Shown piece by piece: positions 37,736 to 50,085 of a stretch of DNA of 58,404 nucleotides; positions within the stretch are counted from its first letter, which is position 1, and every line of letters begins with the position of its first letter. Both the position numbers and the translations under genes were made by a program. This DNA is from Octopus bimaculoides (Eukaryota): assembly GCF_001194135.2 (NCBI RefSeq), contig NC_068998.1:8311002-8369405 (forward strand). Direction: 5' to 3'. The notes under the pieces were generated by a model, which was not told where the DNA came from, did no database searches, and was given only the letters and a program-made list of their open reading frames with translations.

Positions 37736-40404
37736 GAAGAACAGACGGTATGACGCTTATGGCCAAATTGTTAAGTTCCATGATAGTGAAACGAAAAGTT
37801 ATAATGCAAAACGTCTGCGGTGGTTAAAAAAAGAAAAGATGTGTATATGCCACGCTGGGTATATAAAGTGAGTATGCAATACAGAAAATGTGAAAAACTG
37901 TGTGGAATAGAAATGAAATGTAGTGTGTTAGAGAAAATAACTAATGTGGTACAGTTATGTAATGTAAATGAAGAATGGCAGAAGGTGTCGAAGAAATAGT
38001 GAAGTTGATCAAAGGAGAATGAAGATCTTGAAAGAGATGACAAATAACAATTATATATATATAGACACACATACATATATGTGTGTGTATGTATGTGTGT
38101 ATCTGAAGAGATAGATAGATAGATAGATAGATATGCAATATCTAGGGTAAAACAATATAAACAATGATAACGCTGCAATTCTGTTCCGAAAGAACAGTAA
38201 AAAATAATTTAGCGCTTCCGACTAAAACTTTTTTCTTAAGAAACGGGATATAGAGCTGAATGATGTTTCTTGGCAGAGATGTTGTTCCAGTCAAGGGAGA
38301 TAAGACATACATGAATGATTCGTACGTGTGTAAATATGTGTGTGCGTGTGTGTATGTGAGTGTGTGTGCTAATGCGTTCGACAATAATGTTTTTTATACG
38401 CTTGCATGTATGTACTTGTATATATCTTACGTTATATTATTATGCGTGGTAAGCATATAAAACGTTATGAAAAATGTTTGAAGTTCTACATAGATAAGTT
38501 AACAATATCAAAGATATTTTGTCTGAAATAACAATAATTACACTTTTACTGCTGAGAAATCAGTCAACTCTATTAGTTCCGTTCGTTATTATCTAACAAA
38601 TTCCTATATATATTTTTTTCTTCTACAACGACAAAATTTCTTACCTCCTGAGAAATCCATTCAAATCTGTCTAGTTTCTTGACGAAAGAACATAGAACGC
38701 GACAATGAACAAGATCTTTGTTCCTTCTACTACACAGGAATACTTTTTAGCACTCTTGCATGATTTTCCGATTTTTCATGTCAAGATCTTTTGGGTGGGG
38801 AAGGAGAGGAAATTTTTCATTGGTTAATGTCAGGTTTTGAAGCTTTGAAATCCAGAGTTGGTTCGATACTCGATTCTCGGATTGAAATCTCCGTCATAAA
38901 TCTATGAGATCTTCCATAAACATTTTACGACCAAATGCTGAATGCAACTAACTTTTATAATGCTACACCACGAAATTTCTTTACTTCACTAATTGTGTAG
39001 AAATGTGAGAACATTCGTTTTCTTTTAAATGCTTCCCTAAACACACATAGATAGCAACATTCTCGAAAAGTAAAAAAACAAAAAGCCCCGCTTAAAAATA
39101 TGCACACACTCGTATAAATAAGCATTTACATGTATAATTAGTCGCTTGCAGTTAATTATTTTCATTATTTAAAAGAAATATTCTGTTGAAAACCGTCTCT
39201 TACCTCAAAGGCATAGTCTGAAAGATTACATTATATTCATTTTCTAAAATTAAATTACCTGAATTCCAATATTAGAGGAGCTGTTCTATATTCTCTTCTT
39301 TGACGATGGGCTGGATCGATACGATAAATGAATTGCCTTGTCTTTCATCGTTCATTTAGTTATTTTGTACAACTGTTTGTATCATATTCTTCCTTAAATG
39401 ATCATGATTTTATGACAAGGCTCTGACGCAGAGGATATTTCACATTTAAAGTAATTAAAGGGAAATTATAAATAATATATATGGGTATGTGAGCTTATAT
39501 GCACCTATATAAGCTTCTGCACATTTTCCATGACGAAACTGAAGGCGCAAACTTTGGATCAACAAAAGATTTCACCAAAGAATAATTTCGACATTCGGAG
39601 CATCGTGATCAAAACAGGAACCATGGGACAACAAATCAAACAAATCCATGCCTACATCTGTACGTATGCTAACCCCACCCCATATNNNNNNNNNNGTGTG
39701 TGTACACTTATGTGTGTGTGTGTGTGTCCATATATATTGATATATGTATATGTGTGTGCGTATACATACAAATGTTTAAATATATATATATATATATATA
39801 TATTCCTGTATGTATATACGTCTATATAGACGCACGTGTGTCTGTATATTTTTGGTACGTAGTTAGAATGAACGGAGCGATGAAAAGAGAAAGGGAGAAA
39901 ACAGAAACAGAGATAGAATTAGTAAGAAATTAAGGAGTAAAAAAATGAGCACAAAAACGGAAAAGGAAAATAATAAACCATCCCTACGGTTAGAATTTAC
40001 ATGAAAGTACATTAAAGAAAAAATACGTAAGTTCATAAACCCAATAATAGTATAAAATCAAAGACCTATATGATGATTAAGAGTGAAAGAAAAACTATGA
40101 AAGCATACAATATATAAAATACAGAAATAACAATATCTTTTTTTATCAAATTGAAATTCCATACACTATGATAATATCACACTCTACGACATGATTTACA
40201 TTATTCAGAAAAGAAAATTAAACCGAAGAATCTCTTGGACTTTTGGTGCTGTTGACTACAGGGTAAATATTATACACGGGAGACAATGTGTCTACATGAT
40301 TTCAAATATGAAGTGAAGGGAAGCAAATGTTGGAATATCAAGAATATCTGTCTACTGATCTAATGTAATCTGTCTGTCTATTTATCTATCTGCTTCGCCG
40401 CTTA

Positions 40405-40451
<47 letters not shown>

Positions 40452-40949
40452 NNNNNNNNNNNNNNNNNNNNNNNNNNNNNNNNNNNNNNNNNNNNNNNNN
40501 NNNNNNNNNNNNNNNNNNNNNNNNNNNNNNNNNNNNNNNNNNNNNNNNNNNNNNNNNNNNNNNNNNNNNNNNNNNNNNNNNNNNNNNNNNNNNNNNNNNN
40601 NNNNNNNNNNNNNNNNNNNNNNNNNNNNNNNNNNNNNNNNNNNNNNNNNNNNNNNNNNNNNNNNNNNNNNNNNNNNNNNNNNNNNNNNNNNNNNNNNNNN
40701 NNNNNNNNNNNNNNNNNNNNNNNNNNNNNNNNNNNNNNNNNNNNNNNNNNNNNNNNNNNNNNNNNNNNNNNNNNNNNNNNNNNNNNNNNNNNNNNNNNNN
40801 NNNNNNNNNNNNNNNNNNNNNNNNNNNNNNNNNNNNNNNNNNNNNNNNNNNNNNNNNNNNNNNNNNNNNNNNNNNNNNNNNNNNNNNNNNNNNNNNNNNN
40901 NNNNNNNNNNNNNNNNNNNNNNNNNNNNNNNNNNNNNNNNNNNNNNNNN

Positions 40950-40999
<50 letters not shown>

Positions 41000-41899
41000 C
41001 TATCTACCTATCTACTTACCTGTATGTGTCTGCCTATCAATAACAGTAACAATATGTCTGTGTGTGTGTGTGTGTGTTCACATAAATGCATATGTATAAC
41101 TATATCTAGGGATAGATAGACAGAGAGGTACATAAGTAGGTAAGTAGAGAGAGAGAGATACATACCTACATTCATAGAAGGATAGATAGATAGATAATTA
41201 GATAGATGTGGATTTCTATGTAACGTATGAAGGCAGGTAGTTATACGAGTCGTATGAGTGTACAGTGGGTTCTAGACTTTAAAAACAGAAAAGATAAGAA
41301 AGAAACTAAAATCGATTGAAGAATGAATTTATAATTAGATTTAGAATCTTCAGTACTTCATAATGGCCGGAGCTAATTTGGTATCGGATTCCTCAGGCTA
41401 GAATTTTCTGACGATTCTCATCTGACTTGAAACCTGAGGTTACTGTGAAGTATCGCACTTTACATTATAGAAATACATCCTGCTTTGAAGGAGATTGGAC
41501 AATTATGTTTTTAAAAATGGCTGTCCTGAAAAAGTCTCTAAACGTCTGGAATGCACCTTGCATATTAGAACTGATAAACAAACCAGACAGAACACTTTGT
41601 TTCAAAGGCAGTGCTTCTTTCGTTTCTTAAGTGAAATCATGAATGTGTATGAAGTGTTCTGGTGAGAGTATTTTCGGTTTCAGTTCTTCCAATACCTAAA
41701 ATGCAAAACAATGAGAAAAATCTTCAGGGAATTAATGCAGCTTTATTGCGTTCGGTTTCTTGTAAATGCTCTTCAATATTATTTCATTAAGCTTATTTAT
41801 TCATCCATCCCTTTCGCAGTATTTTACGTTTGTTTTCACTCTATGTATCATTCCTGGAATAATCCCGCCTATATTGTGTTTCGCTTGAATTGATTTGAA

Positions 41900-41951
<52 letters not shown>

Positions 41952-41968
41952 CTCTCTCTTTCTCTCTC

Positions 41969-42266
41969 AAAAACCCCTTCGGTTCCCAGGCACAAATCCG
42001 GGCAAGGTTGTTTATGGAAGACCAGCAGTGGCTCATGCATACCAGCCTCCCTTCTCCATGCCATCGATGTTATCCAAGGGAAAGGCAAAGGGGCCGATAC
42101 AGCTTCGCACCTGTGACGTCGCAGCTCAATTCTACAGCTGAGTGAACTGGAGCAACGTGAAATAAAGTGTCTTGCTCAAGAACACAACACGCAGCCCGGT
42201 CCGGGATTCGAACTCAAAACCTCACGATCGTAATCTCCACTCTCTAACCACTGAGCCATGCGCCTT
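41969..42266 (-). mobile_element. SINE family C (tRNA head + CORE-like domain + tail), well preserved
   Basis: Reverse complement has A box TGGCTCAGTGG, B box GTTCGAATCC, then gttgtgttcttgagcaagacactt (CORE-like) and an approximately 150-bp tail. Confidence 0.92.
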
Positions 42267-42270
42267 TACG

Positions 42271-42311
<41 letters not shown>

Positions 42312-42326
42312 GCGCGCGTATGCGTG

Positions 42327-42368
<42 letters not shown>

Positions 42369-43946
42369 CGTTAGTGCGCGCGCATGTATATATATATATA
42401 GTAAAACAACAGGAGTGCATGTGCGTCAGATATACCTGTTTTAAATATTTTGAGAAATACGCTACGTTTGATTAACTAAAGCGGAATTGTCTCGGTGAGA
42501 ACGTCTTTGTTCATAGGACTACCTGAAAAAGAGCTGACCTTAGGTTGAAGACGTAGAGATAATCCTTCTATTAGCATTGCCACTTCTACTGTCACTACTA
42601 ATGCTACATACACACAATTATTTCTCCATACACATACATACATGTTCACGCATGTGCATGAATCCTCAAACGCACACACGCATATATAAATTCACAATCA
42701 TGCAATTACATATGTACTCATATGCATTCAAAAATCAAGCATATTATTTGAGAACCAATAATTTCTTGACGTATGTCATAAACTTAAAACCTGTTGAAAT
42801 CTTAATTTTATTTTATTTTATTTTTCTACTTGTCCTGACTTCAATTCCACATTTCATGACAGATAGTATCGCATTTTTTTTGTGTGTGTTTCTTTTGTAA
42901 AAAGAAACCAAAATAACTGTTTAAATCCTTCTTTCCAACAAATATCACGCTAAGAAAACACAAATATGGAAGAAAAATCCAACAAATTGGACAAATCAAA
43001 TTACATATTTAATGATTGTCGATTATAAACCAAATGAAAAGTAAAACATACAAACCTTCACTCAGACAAAAAATGGGAATCATAAAAAATTTGAAAAATT
43101 AAAATCCGAATTATGTCATTTGGAAATTTCGTTTCAGTTTATTTTGTGACAACATGTCATTAACATCTTGTCTCGATAATGAGGTCATGTTTTCTCTACT
43201 GACACTTGTGCAAGTAATTCGAGACAAGAAATTAACTAACAAAATTGTCATTCGATGTGTTAAATATTCAGGAGTAAGATTTGCCGTCAGAAATTTTCCT
43301 TTCTTTTCCGCCTTTCATCTACTTTCGTTTTCTTTTAAGATTGTTTTCGGATTATTACATCTCATCAGAGGATTTCGACAAACTTTCAGGTTATGATGTT
43401 AATGTGAGAAACATTTATTTTTCTCACTAAGTGTAAGGCTGTATTTTTATTCTCTTTGATTTGATTATACTCTAAATAAACAGAAAATATTGTAAAATAA
43501 TGAAATCAAAGTATAAACAGTTATAATTGCACAAGCACTAGACATTACGTCTAAACAATTACTGATGTTGAAGTTGATATAATGAAATTATATATAATAA
43601 GTTATGGTAGATCGTATGTTCAGTTTGGTTTCAGTTGAGTTTGCTTACATAATTTAGTGCACACTATTTCTAGTGAGGGGGAGTGAGATGTCGAGGGTTT
43701 CCAGCCAAGTTCAAGGTTTGTTATTTTACTGAGACATTATTTGAAGGGCCAGGAGAACAATGATTCGCGATGTATGTGGGGGGGGGGATTGAAATGTTTA
43801 CTGAAATATGCAGCCAGCTATGTTTATGCGGTGAGGAAAAGAAAATATTAAGATAATTCACAGTGATTATTATTACTGAAATCATTCCTGCTGATAGGTA
43901 TGGATGAGAATTCTGAATGGCTTTCCCACTGTAAGTATTTTTCTAT

Positions 43947-44507
43947 TACATAAGATGTGATGGGTAAATTGTCGCCATTTGAAATGTTTAATTTCATATG
44001 TGCGTATTGCATATTTTCAATTTTGTTGACTACACAGTATAGTAGGAAGTGGCTGCTGGAAGACCCTATGTCTGGCAACAGGAGTCTGCACCATGCCACA
44101 CAAGCAGCAGAACCTCGTCATAGCTCTCAGACAATTTCTACCACCACAATACCCCTAACATCTGGCCACCTAACTCCCCAGACTGCAACCCCCATGATTA
44201 TTATTTGTGGGGCCTAGTTGAGCGAGAGACCAACAAAACTCCTTGTAACACCAAAGATGAACTAAAGGAGAGGATTATCGTTCCATTCACCAATTTAAAC
44301 AAGGAGACCGACCAGAATAATTGCAAGAGACTCCGAAGTCGTCTGAAGGCTGTGGCTGACGCCAATAGCGATTTTATTGAATAAATTTAGTCATTAGTTA
44401 TTCAAGATATTTTTATGTAATTTTAGTAAATATATGTTAAAATAAGATGTCAGTGTTGTTTTCATTTTTGCATAATTTAGACGACAATTTATTCACCGCA
44501 CCATGTA
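43947..44507 (+). mobile_element. Tc1/mariner maT (DD37D) internally deleted element
   Basis: Degenerate TIRs (tacat..gtg.tg..taaattgtcg / cgacaatttattcaccgcaccatgta) with TA-type ends, enclosing only the transposase C-terminal third. Confidence 0.8.
44052..44384 (+). pseudogene. maT DD37D transposase C-terminal remnant
   Basis: AAGRPYVWQQESAPCHTSSRTSS*LSDNFYHHNTPNIWPPNSPDCNPHDYYLWGLVERE...RLRSRLKAVADANSDFIE*. There are 37 residues between the QQ(D>E)SAP and NPHD acidic positions. Confidence 0.88.
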
Positions 44508-44940
44508 TATTTACTTTTACGCCAACTCATTTTCGTTAATGTACGTCTACCGAGCAAATATCTTCTCTTTACTTCGACTAGTACCATAGAGTCTGTAACT
44601 AATCTTAATCATAACACGAATTGTCTCTTCAGCTTGTTTAAATAATTAATATAGTATTATACATTGAGTAATATTGTGTTTCCATACCGCATAATTACAT
44701 TTTAATTCTTATTTCTTCGGCGTAAAATATATTTCTGGCTTTGCGTTTCTGAAAATATTTTACAGTAATTTGGATATATTTGTGGGGTTTTTTTTTTAAT
44801 TTACATTAATAAACAAGGAGTTGTTTGTCTTTCTATGCTTTCTGATCGATGGTACATAGAAAAAATTCCCCAACATTTGATGAGAACTGTGTTATTTTAT
44901 TTGACTATGACTAAGTGTTAACCCACCTAAATCACCAGAC

Positions 44941-45848
44941 GATGAGTTGGTAGATTTATTAGCATGTCTGCGGGGAGAAAACGTTTAACAAATTTCTTCT
45001 GACTCTTCGTGTTCTGAGTTCTAATACCGCCGAAGTCAATTCTGCCTTTCATCCTTTGTCGTTGGCGATAAAACAAAGTACCAGTAAAATACTAAGGCCG
45101 ATGTAATCGACTAACCCCTCCCCGCTTGACAACAGGTGTTGGTTTGTTTGCATAAACATACCAGATTTCAAAATTAAGTAGAGGGATTGATTTATCCGAC
45201 TAATATGATATTGTAAGCTGAGTCGGCGATCTACCACGCAGGTCAAAATAACTAACGACATTTCGTCCTTTATCTTGTTCTGGGTTCAAATTCCGCCTAG
45301 GCCAACCCATCTTTTCAGGATCGATAAAGTGAGTACCAGTTGAACGCAGGGGTTGATGGAATCGATTTAGCCCCTTCCACACCGAAACTTCTGGCCTTGT
45401 GCCAAAAATTGAAGCCATTCTCATGTACATTTGTAGCTTTTAAGTCAGCGAGCTAGCACTCCGGGAAACATGCACGACGGCATTTCGCCCATCCTTATAG
45501 TCTGAGTTCAAATTACACTAATGTAGATTTTGCCTTTCATCCTTTCAGAGTCGATAAAATAGGTGTTGAGTTATGCGACTAAGTTCCTCCTCCAAAATTG
45601 GTGGCCGTGTTCCAAAATTTGAAACCAATATAAGCTAAGGCGGTGAGCTGGCAGAATCGTTAGCACGCAGGGCAAAATGTTTAGCGGCATTTTGTCTGGT
45701 CTTACGTTCTGAGTTCAAGTGCTACCGTGGTCGACTTTGCCTTTTATGCATTCCGGTTCGATAAAATACGTACCAGAAGCACTTGGGTTGATGAAATCAG
45801 CTTACCTCATCCCCCGAAATTTCTGGCCTTGTGCCAAATCTTGAAGTC
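44941..45848 (+). mobile_element. Four head-to-tail SINE family B copies (44941-45160, 45215-45416, 45448-45626, 45637-45848)
   Basis: Each has gttctgagttcaa-type B box and gcctttcatccttt..gtcgataaa..agtaccag-type body, variably decayed. Three end in ggccttgtgccaaa.ttgaa-like tails. Confidence 0.88.
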
Positions 45849-47210
45849 AATATTGTAATAAGCTAAAAACATTGATACTTTATCACTGTTTATTCCCGGG
45901 TATATGATTAGTTATGATTAACTCGTTTTTAATGTCTTTCCATACAGAAACAATTGTCAAATTCATCTACTTAGGTTTTTAAGAGAGGCAATTCCTATGA
46001 AGGCGAATTTCGTTGATATGTCCAACAGGACAGACTTTGGCTCTTATAAGTGTATGTAATGTCGAACTCGTAATCAACTGGCTCACAAACCATATGCAGT
46101 TAAAAGCAGATAAAATATTATTAAAGTATTGCAATCAGGCCAGACGAACGTGATTTAAATATGGGCGTTTTATTTTATTAATGTAAAAAATATCGTCAGC
46201 AGCAGCTGTGATAGCAACAGCAATATAAATAATAACAATATAACCAATATATTTATAAATCTGATTCAAGTTTTTATGTCAGGAAATTGAAGAGAATGTT
46301 AAGGAAATTTATATATCAGTTACTCTTCTTTATATATTGAAACAGAAGGTTATTGAAATGTCGCACGATGCCTGTTGACGTTCAGTATCTAAACCGAAAG
46401 AAAAAAAAGAATATAAAAAATAAATAACTAAAGCGTTATTTATAACCATCAACCATGAGAAAACCTCTTTTCTTTAAGAATCGAAGAAAAGAGAAAGAGA
46501 ATAACTGCCGCGTACTAAATTTCACTATTTTGAATATCTGGCTGATTTACAAGAATATTTTCGGATATTATCTGCCGAATAATGACTGCAAATACCCACT
46601 AGAGAATATTGATGATCCAGTAGTTAAATATTCTATGATATTGTTGTACTCCACATAGAAATGTCTCTCACGAGAATGGAATAATGTTACAGTTCAGAAT
46701 AGATACAATATATATGTATATGTGAAGAAAGAAAAGTTATGGTAAGCAATGCTCTTAAGAGACGAATCTTAAGAGTTTACTGATAACGTACAATAACAAT
46801 GATGTTATGAACAATAATAGCATTGCCATTATACTGAACTTCCATACTTATTTATTTATAATCTACAGTTTTAAGGTTGGGGGAGAGTGACTTGTGAAAA
46901 GTTATTATTTCACAGAAATAGGCACGGGAAAGGTGTCTCAGAGGTTAGCGTCGCAACTAATATATAACACTATTTCTTGAAAATTTAATATTTTACAATA
47001 ACTTAACCCGTATGTTAAGTGAATAAATAGATTGTAAAACTACATTTCTCGCCTGAACATGATGTCAATATATTTTGGGCATGGCGGCGTGATTATGACA
47101 TTTCCTTCGTTTTTATATTTTATGTTCATTCTCAGTCGGTGACATTTAATGAAAACACAGAAATTATTTAGATTATATTAGAAAGTAAGTTTATTTACCC
47201 AATACGCATA

Positions 47211-47381
47211 CATATATACGACAGGCTTCTTTCAGTTTCCGTCTACCAAATCCACTCACAAGTCTTTGATCGGCCCGAGGCTATAGTAGACGACACTTGC
47301 CCAAGGTGCCACGCAGTGGGACTGAACCCGGAACCATCTGGTTGGTAAGCAAGGTACTTACCACACAGCCACTCCTACGCC
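47211..47381 (-). mobile_element. SINE family A, near-intact
   Basis: Reverse complement has A box TGGCTGTGTGG, B box GGTTCAGTCC, and ACCTTGGGCAAGT shared with the MIR/CORE domain. Confidence 0.95.
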
Positions 47382-47999
47382 TGTATGTATATATGCAGTG
47401 ATATATGTGCATGTATGTATGCAGGTGGATTAACTATATTCGTGATTGATAGTGTAAATTCGACATAAAGTTAATTGTTTGAACTTTGATTACCACAGAA
47501 ATTCATTTTTAAACGGTCGGCCATCATTGACTTTGAGAGAAAGGGAGACGAGTGTATGAGACCTGTGGCTTCTATCCTAAGGTTATTAACCGATCAGGAG
47601 AAATATGATTTGATTGGCAAAAGGAAGGATCAAATAGACCATCATAGATGCCGATCATCAGTTGTTTAACCTATTCTCTGCATTTGAGTATGGAATGTTG
47701 CTGTAATTTGGTTTTTGTAATGGATCTATGTAGTTGTGTTTTTTTAATTTTTTTATTTTGTGTGGATATTTTGTCGAAAGGATGGTGAACGCGTCAGACA
47801 TAAAATAAGCGAATGAGATTAAGAGATATGTAGATAGCGTAGATGAAAACGAAAAATGTTTTCTGAGATATTACGAAAGACGGAGAGGAAAACAGGAGAA
47901 AACAACATAGAAAATTAGTAATGTTTAACTTGAAATAGTGAACTCTATTAACAAACGAGAAAGGATAATGGAGAAAGCGTCTTTCCGAATCCTATAGAC

Positions 48000-48473
48000 T
48001 TACAGGGCTGGTTTCTCTTATATTCTGGCATATATACTTCATACAGGACGGGATGCTGATCCATCGCAGGAGTACACATACTTTTGTGAACTGAATGAAC
48101 AGGAGCAAACGTGAAATGAATTGTTTTGCTCAAAAACACAATTCACTGCCCGGTCCAAGAATCGAAGCCACAATGTTACAATAATGAATCCAAAACCCTG
48201 ACTACGAAGGCTAAAACCTACGCCACTACTACACTTCGAGTCATATAGAGTCATAAAGCCGCTTTCACGGTTTCCCTGGTCTATATATTCCACGCCTAGA
48301 TGGGAGGCCGGTCCGTCTCAGGGTTACTGATTTTTGCCAGCTGAGTGGACTGGTGCAACGTGAAACGAATTGTTTTGCTCAAGAATAGAACACATCGCCG
48401 GGTCCAGGGATTGAAACTATAACATTACGATCATGAGCCTGGCGCCCTAACCACTAAAATCATGCGCTTCCAC
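48000..48473 (-). mobile_element. Two tandem SINE family C variants (48000-48224, 48245-48473)
   Basis: gaac/ggactgg.gcaacgtgaa..gaattgttttgctcaa.aa.a..a..ca..gcc.ggtcc matches 42140-42200. Their 3' parts differ from the copy at 41969. Confidence 0.85.
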
Positions 48474-48576
48474 TAACGAACAAATACTAATAAAAACGAA
48501 CGAAGACTTGATGTAGAACACTCTAAATTCCGAAACATTCCACACATAGATATTATCAAATATCGCCACGTAAATT

Positions 48577-48652
48577 GTAGGAGGAGCCAAGGCTGTGTGG
48601 TTTATATATTCGCTTCAATACTGCGCGATTTGTGGTTCGGTTTCACAGTGAG
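48577..48652 (+). mobile_element. SINE family A head only
   Basis: gtaggaggagccaaggctgtgtggtt...ggttcggtttcacagtgag. Confidence 0.5.
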
Positions 48653-48714
48653 TAAATTTGGATTAACATCATCTAATATATACCTAACAAACTAGGGCTA
48701 CGCAGGATAAATTT

Positions 48715-50085
48715 GCAATGCAGAGGGTGTGTTAGCATCACTCAGTAAGAGATTTGTCAGTCGCACTCGAGTATAGGCGAGTTTGTCTAAAGCAATTTCT
48801 CTAAAACAGAATTGATCTAAATACAATTTGTCTAAAACAATATTAATCGAGAAACAATTTGTCTAAAACACAATCTGACTAAAAAATTAAAATTGTTTCT
48901 TTTTGATGAATTTGTAATTTTTATTCAAAATTTATAATTCTTTGGGTTTATAACCAGCTGTTACCTATTTATAAAAACATTACGATTAGTTTAATTCAAA
49001 ATGCAAAATAAAAAATTATTTACTGAAAGGCCTTATTAAATCTTAAAAGGAAAGGTTGTGTGCTATACGACGAATGTAATCAATAATATTTTGTGGATCA
49101 AAATTTTGAACAAGACTTTTTATTCGTTTTGTAATATTTCGATAGCGCTTCTTTGGAGGTTTTGGTTCCATTCTAGCAATAAACTGCTGAATCCGAATCT
49201 CGCTTAAATTTTGGTCCTTTTTAAAAAGTTGGTAAATTTCGAGATGTTGGGGTGATGAGACCCAACTTTGGTTTCGAATGTTCGCTGCCATCCTTCTTTT
49301 TACTGTGAATAATTCTAAATCAGAAATTTGTTTTTAGAAAACAACTGTCCTTTTTAGTAAACAACTAGTTTTATTCCATATTATCGCAAACAACTATTTA
49401 TACTCAATTCCACTTTCTACGAATTCATCAAAAAAAGAAATAATTTTTATTTTTTAGTCAAATTGTGTTTTAGACAAATCGTTTAAGGATTAATACTGTT
49501 TTAGACAAATTGTTTTTGACAAATTGCATTTAGATTAATTGTATTTTAGACGAATTGTTTTAGAAAAACTCGCCGGATACCACCGCTCTCCAGCTATCTA
49601 TTTAAAACTGTATTTGACAATGGTGCGTCCACACTTAGAATTTGCATCACCAGTCTGGAACCTTTATCTTGCTCAGCATATAAATCTCCTGGAAACTGTT
49701 CAGAAATGTGCAACAAAACGAATACTCGTCGTCACTAACTTACCATACTCTGAACGTTTTGTTTCCCTGGGCATGGACGCATAGAAGTTCAGACGTCTGG
49801 CGACTGACTGAGTAGACGCGCACAAGATTATCCACCATCTTTCCAGCTTTGAGCACCATTTTGAATTCCATATGACAGACACACGTGGAAATCAAAGAGA
49901 AAACACGGCACCCATAACTTTCGGAAACATTTTTTCATGCTCAGAATTGCTGAAGCATGGAATAAACTACCCGCATCAGTCGTTTTCCACACTTCCTGAA
50001 ATCCACCAACAGTATATCTGGTGACTGTATTTTATTAAGTTGTAGTGCACCTGAGCACTTTATACAAGAACTCATTTCATATTTC
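48715..50085 (+). mobile_element. CR1-clade LINE 3' fragment, split by a MULE insertion (48715-48768 + 49582-50085)
   Basis: Rejoined translation AEGVLASLSKRFVSRSPAIYLKLYLTMVRPHLEFASPVWNLYLAQHINLLETVQKCATKRI...LPYSERF..LGM..*KFRRLATD matches the CR1 RT C-terminus (LVRPHLEY..VW.P..LE.VQ.RATK). Confidence 0.85.
48769..49581 (-). mobile_element. Mutator-like (MULE) deletion derivative with long TIRs
   Basis: TIRs 48776-48885 and 49451-49574 (GGCGAG...CTCGCC); degenerate 9-bp TSD gtcgcactc/accgctctc. Internal ORF 49043-49291 (..FKKDQ..IRIQQ..PPKKRY...RIKSLV..YIRRIAHNLSF*) resembles MULE transposase C-termini. Confidence 0.85.

Noticed and set aside
41600-41695. Strong minus-strand acceptor near 41695
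   Set aside because: All three frames stop within about 25 codons and no good donor precedes the stops.
42180-42266. tRNA-like sequences with A and B boxes (also 47310-47381 and 58113-58172)
   Set aside because: They continue into SINE bodies and lack a proper acceptor stem; these are SINE heads, not tRNA genes.
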